A stretch of DNA of 64,000 bases. It comes from Candidatus Roizmanbacteria bacterium UBA6242. GTDB taxonomy: Bacteria; Patescibacteriota; Microgenomatia; UBA1406; GWC2-37-13. The notes under the pieces were generated by a model. It ran no database searches. It worked only from the letters and a program-made list of their open reading frames with translations, and had not been told where the DNA came from. The stretch's first letter is position 1, and every line of letters starts with the position of its first letter. The position numbers were made by a program, and so were the translations under genes. The stretch lies in contig DJWA01000002.1 in the NCBI GenBank assembly GCA_002440905.1, positions 192,065 to 256,064 of the forward strand. Reading direction: 5' to 3'. Of the stretch, positions 9,068-18,804 are shown piece after piece.

Positions 9068-9928
9068 TTATACAACCCCTATGAGGAAGTATGATCCGAT
9101 AAGTGCCAAGATGCCGGCAAAAATCTTTTTTAAGAGACTATCTTTTTCTCCAAGGAGGACGACTCCGGCAATTACCGTCAATAGCGTTGATGTTTGAACG
9201 ATAGGGAGAATTTGGGTTGCGTTGCCGGACTCCAATGCCTTAAGTTGAAGAAGGTAACCGACGACGTTTATGAAGGCGGGTATAAGAATCTTCCACGACA
9301 CCACCTTGAGTTCGTATTTGATCTCGCTAATCCTTATTTTCGGAAATACGACAAAGACAATAGGTAGAATCCAGACGAACATACTATATAGAACTGCTCC
9401 AAAATACATGGTTCCTTTTTTATCGAGCATCCAGGCGATCCCTAATAGAACATACAGAAAAACCCCAAAAGCGATATTTTTTAAATTCTCGCGCCCATGA
9501 CTTCTACTGTAAGAAATTAAAAATATGGCGATAAATATCATCACTGCTCCGATAATCTTAATTGTTGTTAAAGACTCCTGATAAATAAAGATAGACCCCG
9601 TAAAAGCGATAAGTAGGCTTACAGTTCCTACTATAGAAAGGGTAGAAGCAGTGAGGTTTTTTGCGACGATATATCTCCCCCTTTCAAAAAGGCCATAAAA
9701 AGAAAGGGCAATTATTACATACATCCAAGCTTCAGGATTGGTAGGTAGTTCGATATTCCTATAGACACCGCTTGTAAAGAAATAGACGACAGTAAAGAAA
9801 ATTGCCGAAATATTGAAAAGAAAAGAAAGGGCGCGAGGATACTTTGTATCTATTGCAAGTTTTCTCTGAACGAGGTTCAGTGCGGTGAAAAAAAACATCG
9901 AGAGTATCGATAAAATAATCCAGTTCAT
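9068..9928 (-). CDS. EamA/DMT superfamily transporter
   Basis: 286 aa with roughly 10 TM helices arranged as two EamA-like halves. Confidence 0.7.
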   Translation of the reverse strand: MNWIILSILSMFFFTALNLVQRKLAIDTKYPRALSFLFNISAIFFTVVYFFTSGVYRNIELPTNPEAWMYVIIALSFYGLFERGRYIVAKNLTASTLSIVGTVSLLIAFTGSIFIYQESLTTIKIIGAVMIFIAIFLISYSRSHGRENLKNIAFGVFLYVLLGIAWMLDKKGTMYFGAVLYSMFVWILPIVFVVFPKIRISEIKYELKVVSWKILIPAFINVVGYLLQLKALESGNATQILPIVQTSTLLTVIAGVVLLGEKDSLLKKIFAGILALIGSYFLIGVV

Positions 9929-9944
9929 GTAAGAAGTTTACACC

Positions 9945-12860
9945 TTACTGCCAAGCCTCGCAAATCATCTTAAAAGGGCAGAAATCGCACCAGCGTCCTG
10001 GAGTCGGAGAAAAGTCATTCGTTCTAATCTTCTCGACGATGTCTACAATTTTTTCTTTTGTCTCGATAAGTTCTTCTTGTTTTTTTTGGAACGAGACCTT
10101 GATGGGATCTTGGAGGTAATGAAACGATAAGACGACTTCTGAAAGCTTGCGATTGTATAGGCCCTTGTCTGTGGCGGCCATTGCATAGATTGAAAGTTGG
10201 AGGCTTTTTTTAAGCTCTTTTTCCTCAGGTTTTTTGCCGGTCTTGTAGTCAACAATCTCAATATTTTTTCCGGTAAGGGAGTTAACCCGGTCAATTTTAC
10301 CTGCGACATAAATGTCTTTTGCCACTTTGATTTTGAAAGGTTTCTCGATAGCCATAATGTCGAGTCTTTTATCATGGTATTTTTTGAAATATCCTTCAAG
10401 AATTTTTTCACCCTCTTTTTTCATTCGCAATTCATGAGACGATGAAGCGTACCCGACCGGTAACCAGGTTTTTTCAAAAATTTTTAACAGTCGCTTTATT
10501 CCGACCGATTTATCTTGAACAAACTCAAGATAGAAGCTTTGGAGGGCTTTGTGGATCGAGTCGCCAAAGGCAATGGCGGCTGTCGGAGGCGTGGGAATTT
10601 TAAGAATGTAGTGATATTTATATTGAAGCGGACAGCGGAGGTATGTCTCAAGCTGGGTATAGGAAAAACTGTTTTGAAAGTATTTTTCCTTGACAATAGG
10701 TTCTTTTGGTTTTCTAAAATCGAAAATGGACAACTGCTGCTTTTGAACTTTTTTCGTGTCCAATGTTCTCTCAACGGCGGCCTCTCCTAGGGATTCTGAA
10801 ATAAATGGGGAAACTTTTTGGATTTTTTTTCCTAGTCCGTAAAATCGTGAAGTCGTCATATACACCTTTTCCTTTGCTCGAGTTACACCAACATAGAAGA
10901 GTCTTCGTTCCTCCTGCATATGGTAATCGCCTGAAGGCAGGGTTTCTTTAATTAATTCAACAGGGATAGGGATTGTTTCTCGCCGTGATACGGTCGGAAA
11001 GCGACCACGGGTCAAATTGACTAGAAACACAATCTTAAATTCAAGGCCTTTGGCGGAATGAGCGGTTATCACATTGACGGCGTTATACTCTCCGATATCG
11101 GTTTGCGAGGCGATCGGAGATTCGCCAAGTTCCATACTCATGTCGATATATTCGACAACCGCAGAAACAGATGCGTCTTCATGGTCAGACTCGAAACCTT
11201 TAAGCCTGTTGAAGAATTTGGAAATGTTTAACGCGATCTTTTCATCCTTTTCAGAACTGTAGTTGGTCAATTTCAAAAGGAGACCGGAATCTTCAAGAAA
11301 ATAAAACAGAATCTGACCGGCGGTATCCTTTTTAACTCGCGACAGATGCTTGACAATCATGGAATACACGTTGTGGATTTTTTTTCGTGAATCCTTGGAA
11401 AGGAGGGGAATATATTTTTTGTAATTGTCATATTCTTCATTCTCAATATCCGTTTTGATCAGTTCAAGATATACCTGTATTGCGGAAAATAAATTCAAGT
11501 TAGTGCGTTTGGAAAAAGACATAAGAAGGGTCAGGTCCTTTATATCGATATTAAATATTTCCATACTGTAAAGTCTAAAAAGCGATATCGAGTCGTCGGG
11601 GTTATTGAGGACCTTGAGATAGGCGATAAGATCTTTGACTTCAGGTTGCTTGTATAGTGTTGATGGACCCAAGAATTGAAAGGGGATTCCCAGTCTCGCA
11701 AAGGCGTTTATAAACGGTTGCGAATGGTTGTTTGCTCGAGTTAGGATAGCAATATCCGAGAACCGGTAATTTTTTTTTAGTTTGATAATTTCCTGGGCGA
11801 CATATTCTGCTTCTTCGTCCGGTGACTCGGAATAAAAAAAATTGAGAGGCTCTTTTTCGCTGGCTTTTTTCTGGGCTGTAAGTCTTTTGGATATCCCGAG
11901 TCGTGATTCAAGGGTGTCGGGATCGTTGTTTTTAATCAAACGGTATGCAGAGTCAAGAATAGCTTGATTAGATCTATAATTTCTCATCAGGGTTACCTGG
12001 TGGGCATTTTTGTAATCTTTCATAAAGGCGAGAATATTCGAGACCGAAGCTCCGCGAAATTTGTATATCGCTTGGGAGTCGTCCCCAACAATAGTCAGTC
12101 GCGGTTTTGATTTGGGTGGACAAAGAAGTTTTATAAGATCATATTGGGCAATATTCGTATCCTGGAATTCGTCGATGAGAATATATTTAAATTTTTGTTG
12201 GTATTTTTTTAAGATGTTTTTTCTTGTTTTGAAAAGTCTAACTAGATAGTAAATTAGATCTCCATAGTCGAAGAGGTTTTCCCTAATCTTCAAACTCTGG
12301 TAGGTCTTGTAAGCGTTAGCCAGTTCCAGGGACTTTTCTTTTTCGTTTTTTTCTTCAGGCTTGCTTTTCTTTGCCCAAATAAGATAATCCGATGGATCAA
12401 TATTCTCGTCACGAAGTCTTGAAAAATGTTGCAAAAGACTTTCCAGGAATTTATTAGGATTGCCCAATGGGCGGAAATACTTCAAATCGAAAAGGAACAG
12501 ATTAGATTTCAAGAATATCACCGTTTCGGCGGTTGTCATCAATCGGTATCCTGGCGAGATACCAATATGGGACGCCTCTTCTTTTAGGACTTGATCCGCA
12601 AAAGAATGGAAGGTGGAAATCCACATTTGAAAATATCCATAGGGCATTTCCCGGTCGACCCGGTCGACCATTTCGGATGCGGCTTTTTCCGTGAATGTCA
12701 AGGCAAGAATTTCTTCAGGTCGGGCGAATTTTTTCTTTATTAGGTATTTTATTTTCTCGACGATAACTGTAGTCTTGCCGGTGCCGGCTCCGGCGACAAT
12801 CAATAGCGGACCTTTATTGTAAAGAACAGCTTTTTTTTGCTCAATATTAAGCATGACCAC
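9945..12860 (-). CDS. UvrD/PcrA-type superfamily 1 helicase fused to a C-terminal Cas4/AddB-like PD-(D/E)XK nuclease with a 4-Cys cluster
   Basis: Walker A 'AGAGTGKT', 'ILIDEFQDTN', 'VGDDSQAIYKFRGA', 'YFVGVTRAK'. The C-terminus has 'RCPLQYKY', 'GKIDRV..IEIVDYKTGK', 'QLSIYA' and 'CDFCPFKMIC'. Confidence 0.85.
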   Translation of the reverse strand: MVMLNIEQKKAVLYNKGPLLIVAGAGTGKTTVIVEKIKYLIKKKFARPEEILALTFTEKAASEMVDRVDREMPYGYFQMWISTFHSFADQVLKEEASHIGISPGYRLMTTAETVIFLKSNLFLFDLKYFRPLGNPNKFLESLLQHFSRLRDENIDPSDYLIWAKKSKPEEKNEKEKSLELANAYKTYQSLKIRENLFDYGDLIYYLVRLFKTRKNILKKYQQKFKYILIDEFQDTNIAQYDLIKLLCPPKSKPRLTIVGDDSQAIYKFRGASVSNILAFMKDYKNAHQVTLMRNYRSNQAILDSAYRLIKNNDPDTLESRLGISKRLTAQKKASEKEPLNFFYSESPDEEAEYVAQEIIKLKKNYRFSDIAILTRANNHSQPFINAFARLGIPFQFLGPSTLYKQPEVKDLIAYLKVLNNPDDSISLFRLYSMEIFNIDIKDLTLLMSFSKRTNLNLFSAIQVYLELIKTDIENEEYDNYKKYIPLLSKDSRKKIHNVYSMIVKHLSRVKKDTAGQILFYFLEDSGLLLKLTNYSSEKDEKIALNISKFFNRLKGFESDHEDASVSAVVEYIDMSMELGESPIASQTDIGEYNAVNVITAHSAKGLEFKIVFLVNLTRGRFPTVSRRETIPIPVELIKETLPSGDYHMQEERRLFYVGVTRAKEKVYMTTSRFYGLGKKIQKVSPFISESLGEAAVERTLDTKKVQKQQLSIFDFRKPKEPIVKEKYFQNSFSYTQLETYLRCPLQYKYHYILKIPTPPTAAIAFGDSIHKALQSFYLEFVQDKSVGIKRLLKIFEKTWLPVGYASSSHELRMKKEGEKILEGYFKKYHDKRLDIMAIEKPFKIKVAKDIYVAGKIDRVNSLTGKNIEIVDYKTGKKPEEKELKKSLQLSIYAMAATDKGLYNRKLSEVVLSFHYLQDPIKVSFQKKQEELIETKEKIVDIVEKIRTNDFSPTPGRWCDFCPFKMICEAWQ

Positions 12861-12889
12861 ATTTTAACATACGTTTGAGAAGGAGAATT

Positions 12890-13264
12890 TTATGATTTTT
12901 TACTTGGTCGAGTTACATCACCATTAAAAATTCCGCCGAATAAATCTTTCTTCATTTGATTTTTTAATTCATTTGATGCGTCGAACAGAATATGATTAAT
13001 ATAAATGTACATAGTACCCAATTCCATGTATGTATCTGTTTTAACTTCTTTCCACGTTGCAATTAATTTTTCAATACTTTGTTGTAAGTTGTCTCTATCT
13101 GATTTAGGAAAAATATTACTTAAACCAAGTGAAGCAGTGGCCAATCCTCCTTTGAGCAGTTCCTTATAAGTACTTACATCATAATAATCTATAAGCTTTC
13201 CCTTAGAAAGGTGGGGTTGAAACCAAGGATTTTGTGGGGCTGTTTTCTCCGTTGCCATATTCAA
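12890..13264 (-). CDS. Hypothetical protein (no family recognised)
   Basis: 124-aa ORF on the same strand as its neighbours and in the only open frame. It looks more AT-rich than the flanks by eye. Confidence 0.35.
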   Translation of the reverse strand: MNMATEKTAPQNPWFQPHLSKGKLIDYYDVSTYKELLKGGLATASLGLSNIFPKSDRDNLQQSIEKLIATWKEVKTDTYMELGTMYIYINHILFDASNELKNQMKKDLFGGIFNGDVTRPSKKS

Positions 13265-13300
13265 ACAGCATTATAACCTATAGTAAAGAAATATTCAATT

Positions 13301-14212
13301 TTATAGGAAGTGATTAAAGATATCCAGGATACCATTATCATCGACAGATTTACCTATGAATGATTTGTTGATTCCCTTGGCTTGCACTAACTTCTTTAAT
13401 TCCTCGTTGCCGTTAGCTACAGTTGCAGCATAACCACACGGTTCCATAAATTGCCAGTCGGACAGGCTGTCCCCAACAGCCAGAATTTCATCCGGCCCGA
13501 TATTATTCTGTTTCAATACCATTTCGATCGCCTGACTTTTTGACACGCCAAGCGCGGTTACAATTCCAAAAAGGTGGGGGAGGGCTATTGGGTGAATTCC
13601 CCAACTCAAAGTTAATTGATCTCTAAATGGCTCAAATAGTTTTGTCAATAATTCTTTATCCTCTTCATTTTTTGCTATCGGCATGAGCTTGACCGTTTCA
13701 TGTTTTGTAGATTCGTCCGACAGGTTAGCGACTATACTGGGTTTTTTTTGGAGTATGTGGGTATGGATTTGCGTCAAGTACGACTTTTGATTTGCTTGAA
13801 TGAAATAGTTATCCAAGGTGTAAAGCTCTATATATGTATTATTATTAATGTAAGTTTTAATGATTCGTGTCGTCAGTTCGTGATCAATAAGGTTTTTATT
13901 GAGCACATGTCCTTTTAAAGGATTGATTATTACCCCTCCACCTTGGGTAATATGTAAGTTATCCAAATTAGCGCCTTTTATAATCTTCTCAACCGAATAA
14001 TGCGGTTTAGCGGTACAAAGGAAGATGGGAACGCCTTTTTCTTTTATTTTTCTGAGTTTGCTAATCACACGTGGGTGAGGGTCGGGAGAATTGTAACCGA
14101 TTTTGTCGCCGACCAATATCCCGTCGACATCAAGAATTATCGCTTTAATAGGACGCATTGTGGAAATTATAGCAAAATTGTCCTTGACTTTTTGGCCGTT
14201 TGCCTTTATCAT
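13301..14212 (-). CDS. HAD-superfamily (Cof/HAD-IIB-like) phosphatase
   Basis: Motif I 'AIILDVDGILV', 'FLCTAKP' and motif IV 'AVGDSLSDWQFM'. The start may be the internal Met at 14158. Confidence 0.65.
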   Translation of the reverse strand: MIKANGQKVKDNFAIISTMRPIKAIILDVDGILVGDKIGYNSPDPHPRVISKLRKIKEKGVPIFLCTAKPHYSVEKIIKGANLDNLHITQGGGVIINPLKGHVLNKNLIDHELTTRIIKTYINNNTYIELYTLDNYFIQANQKSYLTQIHTHILQKKPSIVANLSDESTKHETVKLMPIAKNEEDKELLTKLFEPFRDQLTLSWGIHPIALPHLFGIVTALGVSKSQAIEMVLKQNNIGPDEILAVGDSLSDWQFMEPCGYAATVANGNEELKKLVQAKGINKSFIGKSVDDNGILDIFNHFL

Positions 14213-14292
14213 AAAAACAATTAAAAGAAAAATAAGGCTTCACTAACATTGAGGCTTTCTTTTTGTTATTATCAATTTAATATATTTTTAAT

Positions 14293-15474
14293 ATGGCAGA
14301 TGCTTTTCAGAGGACAAAACCTCATTTGAATATTGGTACAATTGGTCACGTTGATCACGGAAAGACAACTCTTACTTCAGCAATTCATTACGTTCTTTCG
14401 AAAAAAGGTTTGGCAAAGGCAATGAAGTACGAAGAAATCGACAAAGCTCCAGAAGAAAGAGCACGCGGAGTCACCATTAATCTTCATCACTCAGAATACG
14501 AGACCGACAAGAGGCATTATGCACACATTGATGCTCCAGGTCACGCAGATTACATCAAGAACATGATCACGGGAGCCGCCCAGATGGACGGAGCCATTTT
14601 AGTCGTCTCTGCTCCAGACGGTCCGATGCCGCAGACAAGAGAACACATCTTGCTTGCCAATCAGGTTAACGTCCCGGGAATCATCGTCTTCTTGAATAAG
14701 GTAGACATGGTTGCTGATAAGGAAATTCTTGATCTTGTTGAAATGGAAGTTAGAGATCTTTTGACAAAGTATAAATTTCCGGGAGACAAAATTCCGGTCA
14801 TAAGAGGATCAGCTCTCAAGGCTCTTTCCGATGACCCGGAAGCCGTCAAGCAAATAGAAGAGCTTATGAAGACGGTTGATGAATATTTCCCAGAGCCGAC
14901 CCGACCCACAGACAAGCCGTTCTTGATGCCTATTGAGGACGTCTTTACAATCTCAGGTCGTGGAACTGTCGTTACCGGACGTGTAGAGCGAGGAGTTGCC
15001 AAGGTCAACGAGGAAGTTGAGATTGTCGGAATCAAGGAAACTCGAAAGACCGTTATCACAGGAGTTGAGATGTTCAGAAAACAACTTGACGAAGCACGAG
15101 CTGGTGATAATGTCGGACTTTTGTTAAGAGGAGTTGAAAAAACTGATGTATTGAGAGGTCAAGTTGTTGCCAAGCCTGGAACAATCACCCCACACACAGA
15201 ATTCGAGGCCGAGATCTATATCCTTACCAAAGAAGAAGGTGGACGACACACACCGTTCTTTAAGGGATACCGTCCTCAGTTTTACATCAAAACAACCGAC
15301 ATTACCGGAGAAGTCACCCTTCCCGCGGGAGTCGAGATGGTCATGCCTGGAGACAACGTCAAAGTTACAGGTAAGTTGATCTACCCGGTTGCCATGGAAG
15401 AAGGACTCAAATTCGCAGTACGTGAAGGTGGTCACACAGTAGGTGCTGGTGTTGTCACCAAAATAATTAAATAA
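14293..15474 (+). CDS. tuf: Elongation factor Tu
   Basis: '[10 protein letters not shown]', 'DAPGHADY', 'NKVDMV' and a full-length 393-aa match to the EF-Tu pattern. Confidence 0.98.
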   Translation: MADAFQRTKPHLNIGTIGHVDHGKTTLTSAIHYVLSKKGLAKAMKYEEIDKAPEERARGVTINLHHSEYETDKRHYAHIDAPGHADYIKNMITGAAQMDGAILVVSAPDGPMPQTREHILLANQVNVPGIIVFLNKVDMVADKEILDLVEMEVRDLLTKYKFPGDKIPVIRGSALKALSDDPEAVKQIEELMKTVDEYFPEPTRPTDKPFLMPIEDVFTISGRGTVVTGRVERGVAKVNEEVEIVGIKETRKTVITGVEMFRKQLDEARAGDNVGLLLRGVEKTDVLRGQVVAKPGTITPHTEFEAEIYILTKEEGGRHTPFFKGYRPQFYIKTTDITGEVTLPAGVEMVMPGDNVKVTGKLIYPVAMEEGLKFAVREGGHTVGAGVVTKIIK

Positions 15475-15507
15475 TTATTGGTTAGTAGGTTTAAGCACTT
15501 TTAAATT

Positions 15508-15816
15508 ATGCCGAAAGGAAGAATTAGGATCAGGTTGAAGTCATATGATCATCGATTGATCGACGAAACCTGTCAGAAAATAGTCGATGCGGCGATCCGT
15601 ACAGGAGCGTCGATAATCGGACCAATTCCTCTTCCCACAAAGAGTGAGGTTTATGTTGTGAATAAATCTACCTTTGTAGACAAAGATGCCAGAGAGCATT
15701 TCGGCTTAAAGATTCACAAAAGACTCATAGACATTGTGAATCCCACTAACCAGACAATAGATTCCTTAATGCATCTAGAACTTGCGGCAGGTGTTGAAGT
15801 CGAAGTCAAGATGTGA
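15508..15816 (+). CDS. rpsJ: 30S ribosomal protein S10
   Basis: '[15 protein letters not shown]..' and 'THKRLIDI' patterns, positioned after tuf. Confidence 0.97.
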   Translation: MPKGRIRIRLKSYDHRLIDETCQKIVDAAIRTGASIIGPIPLPTKSEVYVVNKSTFVDKDAREHFGLKIHKRLIDIVNPTNQTIDSLMHLELAAGVEVEVKM

Positions 15817-15822
15817 TATTAT
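15794..15822 (+). promoter_or_regulatory. Candidate internal promoter TTGAAG-N17-TATTAT at the 3' end of rpsJ
   Basis: Hexamers and spacing were read directly. It would start a leader of roughly 100 nt ahead of rplC. Confidence 0.3.
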
Positions 15823-15890
15823 ATAGTCCACTAAATGTTAAATATCCTTTTGTTTTCGGGAACTAAGGATTAAATAGTCCGGATTGGAAC

Positions 15891-15918
15891 ATAGCCCCAA
15901 TCTGGGGCTATTTTTTTT
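15891..15918 (+). terminator. Intrinsic terminator / attenuator hairpin between rpsJ and rplC
   Basis: 9-bp stem ATAGCCCCA/TGGGGCTAT with a 3-nt loop, followed by a run of T residues (15912-15918). It lies 13 nt before the rplC ATG. Confidence 0.7.
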
Positions 15919-15931
15919 GCCAAATAAAAAT

Positions 15932-16606
15932 ATGTCCGGTTTCATACTAGGAATAAAATCAGAACAGAATCAAACCTACGACCATAATGGCGTTCGGGTC
16001 CCGACCACTTACATCAAAACTGTGGGTTGTTTTATGATCGACGTCAAAACTAGCGATAAACAAGGTTACTTTGCAGTTAAACTTGGACTCGGTCAAACCT
16101 CAAATATTAAGAAGCCGGTCCAGGGAGAATTAAACAAGGCGGGGATAAAGACCCCGCTTCGTTTTTTAAAAGAAATTAGGTTGGAGAAGTTTGGTGAGAA
16201 TGTTAAGCTTGTCGACGAAAACGGCAAAAAAGGAATTGAATTAAATGGAGTCAAAATATTTGTTGGCGATGAAGTAAAACCTGAATCGATATTTAAGAAG
16301 GATGAATTGGTTACTGTTAGCGGCGTTTCAAAAGGTAAAGGATATCAAGGCGTCGTTAAGCGACATCATTTTAAAGGTGGATCAAGGACACACGGTCAAT
16401 CTCACGGAGAAAGGGCTCCCGGATCAATTGGAATGACGACAACTCCAGGACGGGTTTTTAAGGGTAAGAGAATGGCTGGACGCATGGGAACCGATCGCGT
16501 CACCGTCAAAAACCTCAAGATAATCGATATTAAAGAAGACGGCTTGGTGGTTAAGGGATTAGTCGCCGGCTTCAAAGGAAGTTTATTGGAGATCAAAAGC
16601 TCATAA
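15932..16606 (+). CDS. rplC: 50S ribosomal protein L3
   Basis: Start chosen at MSGFILGIKS. The tracked ORF start at 15884 would span the terminator hairpin. 'GVSKGKGYQGVVKRHHF' is present. Confidence 0.95.
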   Translation: MSGFILGIKSEQNQTYDHNGVRVPTTYIKTVGCFMIDVKTSDKQGYFAVKLGLGQTSNIKKPVQGELNKAGIKTPLRFLKEIRLEKFGENVKLVDENGKKGIELNGVKIFVGDEVKPESIFKKDELVTVSGVSKGKGYQGVVKRHHFKGGSRTHGQSHGERAPGSIGMTTTPGRVFKGKRMAGRMGTDRVTVKNLKIIDIKEDGLVVKGLVAGFKGSLLEIKSS

Positions 16607-16608
16607 TT

Positions 16609-17277
16609 ATGGAAAAAACTAAAGAAAAAAAACAATCAAAGACCTTAACAGCGCCAGTTTATGATATAACGGGCGTTGAGAAGAAGTCGATCGGACTACC
16701 TGAAGCCATTTTTAACGCTCCGGTAAACCAGGCTTTAATTGCTCAATCGGTAAGGGTATATATGAGCAACCAAAGGTCAGGTAACGCTTCGACCAAAACC
16801 AGAAGCGAAGTTGAAGGTTCGACAAGAAAAATATATAGGCAAAAAGGTACGGGTAAAGCCCGCCACGGCGATATCAAAGCCCCGATTTTTGTTGGTGGAG
16901 GAGTTGTTGGGGGGCCAAGACCAAAAGATCATTCGTTGAGCATGGGCCACGCAATGAAGCGAAAAGCTTTGTTCGGAGCCTTGTCAAATAAGGCTGCGAG
17001 CAAGGAAGTCTACGGTTTGGAGGAATCCGGATTGGAAAAGACCAATAAGACAAAAACTGCCTATCAATTCTTAAAGAAAGTCGGATTTGCCGGTCAGCGA
17101 GTCACCTTTGTTTTACCTAAAATGGAGATTACCCCTTTTACTAAAGCAATCAGAAATATTGAAAACACGCATGTCATTGATGCGATGTCCTTGAATACTT
17201 ATCAGGTACTTAAAAGCAAAAGGCTTATATTTTTGGAATCGGCAATAGAGTCGTTAAAAAAACACTATAAAGTATGA
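16609..17277 (+). CDS. rplD: 50S ribosomal protein L4
   Basis: '[13 protein letters not shown]' motif and operon position. Confidence 0.95.
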   Translation: MEKTKEKKQSKTLTAPVYDITGVEKKSIGLPEAIFNAPVNQALIAQSVRVYMSNQRSGNASTKTRSEVEGSTRKIYRQKGTGKARHGDIKAPIFVGGGVVGGPRPKDHSLSMGHAMKRKALFGALSNKAASKEVYGLEESGLEKTNKTKTAYQFLKKVGFAGQRVTFVLPKMEITPFTKAIRNIENTHVIDAMSLNTYQVLKSKRLIFLESAIESLKKHYKV

Positions 17278-17561
17278 AGATAAACGAAACAATCGTAAGT
17301 CCGGTATTGACAGAAAAAGCAACATTTAATACCAAGGATAAGGTATATATGTTTGTCGTAAACCAAAAGTCGACTAAGTTTCAGGTCAAGGCCGCCTTGG
17401 AGAAAATATTCTCAGTCAAGGTGTCAGATGTCAGGATCATGGTCAGAAAGGGTAAAGAAGTCAGACGAGGGCGCAAGATGTTGGCCAAGAAATTAGCGGA
17501 TCAAAAAATTGCCTATGTTAAGTTGAAGGAAGGAAAGATAGATATCTTTCCCCAAGCATAA
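17274..17561 (+). CDS. rplW: 50S ribosomal protein L23
   Basis: 'PVLTEKAT' and 'FVVNQKSTKFQVKAALEKIF.VKV' patterns, plus operon position. Confidence 0.95.
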   Translation: MKINETIVSPVLTEKATFNTKDKVYMFVVNQKSTKFQVKAALEKIFSVKVSDVRIMVRKGKEVRRGRKMLAKKLADQKIAYVKLKEGKIDIFPQA

Positions 17562-17564
17562 TCT

Positions 17565-18338
17565 ATGAAAAAGAAATTCTTATCAACCAACGTTAAACCG
17601 ATAAAAAAACTGACGGTCATCCTGAAAAAACATTCAGGTCGGGACTCATCAGGTACAATTTCGGTACGACACCAGGGCGGCCGACAAAAAAGATACTACA
17701 GAATGATTGATTTCAAAAGAGATAAGAGGGATATTGAAGGAGAGGTTGTAAGGATTGAGAAGGATCCGAATAGAAACGCCCATATCGCTCTTATAAAATA
17801 TAAGGACGACGAGTTGAGATACATAATCCACCCGGATGGATTGAATGTTGGAGACAAGATCATTGCCGGGGAAACCGTAGACATTAAGACCGGTAACGCC
17901 ATGCCCCTTAAGAATATACCGATTGGATTCCTTATCCATAACGTTGAGATGTATCCAGGTCACGGAGCACAATTGGCTCGTGGTGCCGGATCAGCCGTTA
18001 CCGTCATAGCCAAGGAAAGCGATTTCATCAATTTAAAATTAGCCTCAGGCGAAGTAAGGAGATTCTCTCCCGAATGTTATGCCACAATCGGTCGCGTTGG
18101 TAATATTGCTTTTAAGGATGAGGAAATTGGATCAGCCGGAAGAAAAATCCTTATGGGAATAAGACCAACCGTCCGTGGTACCGCTCAGAATCCCCGTTCT
18201 CACCCACACGGTGGAGGAGAAGGAAGATCTGGAGAAGGAATGCACCCGAAAACTCCATGGGGTAAGGCTGCCCGTGGTAAGGTCACTAGAAACAGAAAAA
18301 AATGGAGCAATAAGTTTATAGTTAAAAAACGTAAATAA
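17565..18338 (+). CDS. rplB: 50S ribosomal protein L2
   Basis: 'RNAHIALI.Y.DGE.RYI', 'GRPTVRGTAQNP..HPHGGGEG' patterns. Confidence 0.97.
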   Translation: MKKKFLSTNVKPIKKLTVILKKHSGRDSSGTISVRHQGGRQKRYYRMIDFKRDKRDIEGEVVRIEKDPNRNAHIALIKYKDDELRYIIHPDGLNVGDKIIAGETVDIKTGNAMPLKNIPIGFLIHNVEMYPGHGAQLARGAGSAVTVIAKESDFINLKLASGEVRRFSPECYATIGRVGNIAFKDEEIGSAGRKILMGIRPTVRGTAQNPRSHPHGGGEGRSGEGMHPKTPWGKAARGKVTRNRKKWSNKFIVKKRK

Positions 18339-18339
18339 T

Positions 18340-18804
18340 ATGGAATCATTAACATATATAAAAAATCTGAGAATGCCGCCTAAGAAGTTGAGATTTTATT
18401 TGGATGAAATTAAGAAAATGACTCCAAATGACTCTCTAAAGCAGCTTTACTACGGCAAGCAAAGGGCGACCAGAATTTTATACAAGGCCATAAAATCGGC
18501 AGTTGCCAATGCAACCACCACTTTAAAAACGAGCGCCGATTTGTTAAACTTTAAGGTCCTGACAATTGAGGAAGGTCAGACTTTGAAAAGATATCTTCCT
18601 GGTTCAAGAGGTAATGCTAAGCCCATAAAGAAACACATGAGTCATATCAAGATAATTCTTGTAGTTAAAGGCGCAGCGAATGCCAAAAAGGAAGTGAAAA
18701 AGGAAACGGAAAAAGTTGTCGAAACCAAGAAGGTTGAAGAACCGAAAAAGAAAAACGAATTAAAAATTAAGAAACAGTCGGAAACTGTAAAGGCAAAAAA
18801 ATAA
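18340..18804 (+). CDS. rplV: 50S ribosomal protein L22 with a Lys/Glu-rich C-terminal extension
   Basis: L22 pattern 'KKLRFYLDEIKKM..', 'SAVANA', 'EGQTLKRYLPGSRGNAKPIKKHMSHIKIIL'. It follows L2 directly, with no S19 in between. Confidence 0.93.
   Translation: MESLTYIKNLRMPPKKLRFYLDEIKKMTPNDSLKQLYYGKQRATRILYKAIKSAVANATTTLKTSADLLNFKVLTIEEGQTLKRYLPGSRGNAKPIKKHMSHIKIILVVKGAANAKKEVKKETEKVVETKKVEEPKKKNELKIKKQSETVKAKK

Noticed and set aside
12871-12928. Plus-strand GAAGGAGA Shine-Dalgarno-like site followed by an 11-codon ORF (MIFYLVELHHH).
   Set aside because: It is antisense to the 3' end of a longer ORF and very short, with no supporting context. This is probably a chance occurrence.
13278-13308. 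CCTATA...TATAGG inverted repeat at the HAD gene stop, considered as a possible terminator.
   Set aside because: The stem is a 6-bp AT-rich pairing with a 19-nt loop and no T-run, so it is too weak to call.
14213-14292. Promoter for tuf in the 80-nt spacer, and the direct repeat AGGCTT..AGGCTT.
   Set aside because: Several -10-like hexamers occur in this AT-rich stretch, including TATATT ending 6 nt before the ATG. None has a properly spaced -35 box, so a specific call is not supportable. The repeat is direct rather than inverted, so it forms no hairpin.
14661-15435. Antisense or alternate-frame ORFs of 100-130 aa inside tuf. There are similar ones inside rplB, rpsC, rpsK, rpoA, secY, lysK, the helicase gene and others.
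   Set aside because: They lie wholly inside strongly recognisable genes on the other strand or in another frame. They have low-complexity or odd composition and no motifs, so they are artefacts of the ORF track.
15884-15931. N-terminal extension of rplC in the ORF track (MEHSPNLGLFFLPNKN...).
   Set aside because: The extension would be translated through the terminator hairpin and does not resemble L3. ATG 15932 (MSGFILGIK) matches the usual L3 N-terminus.
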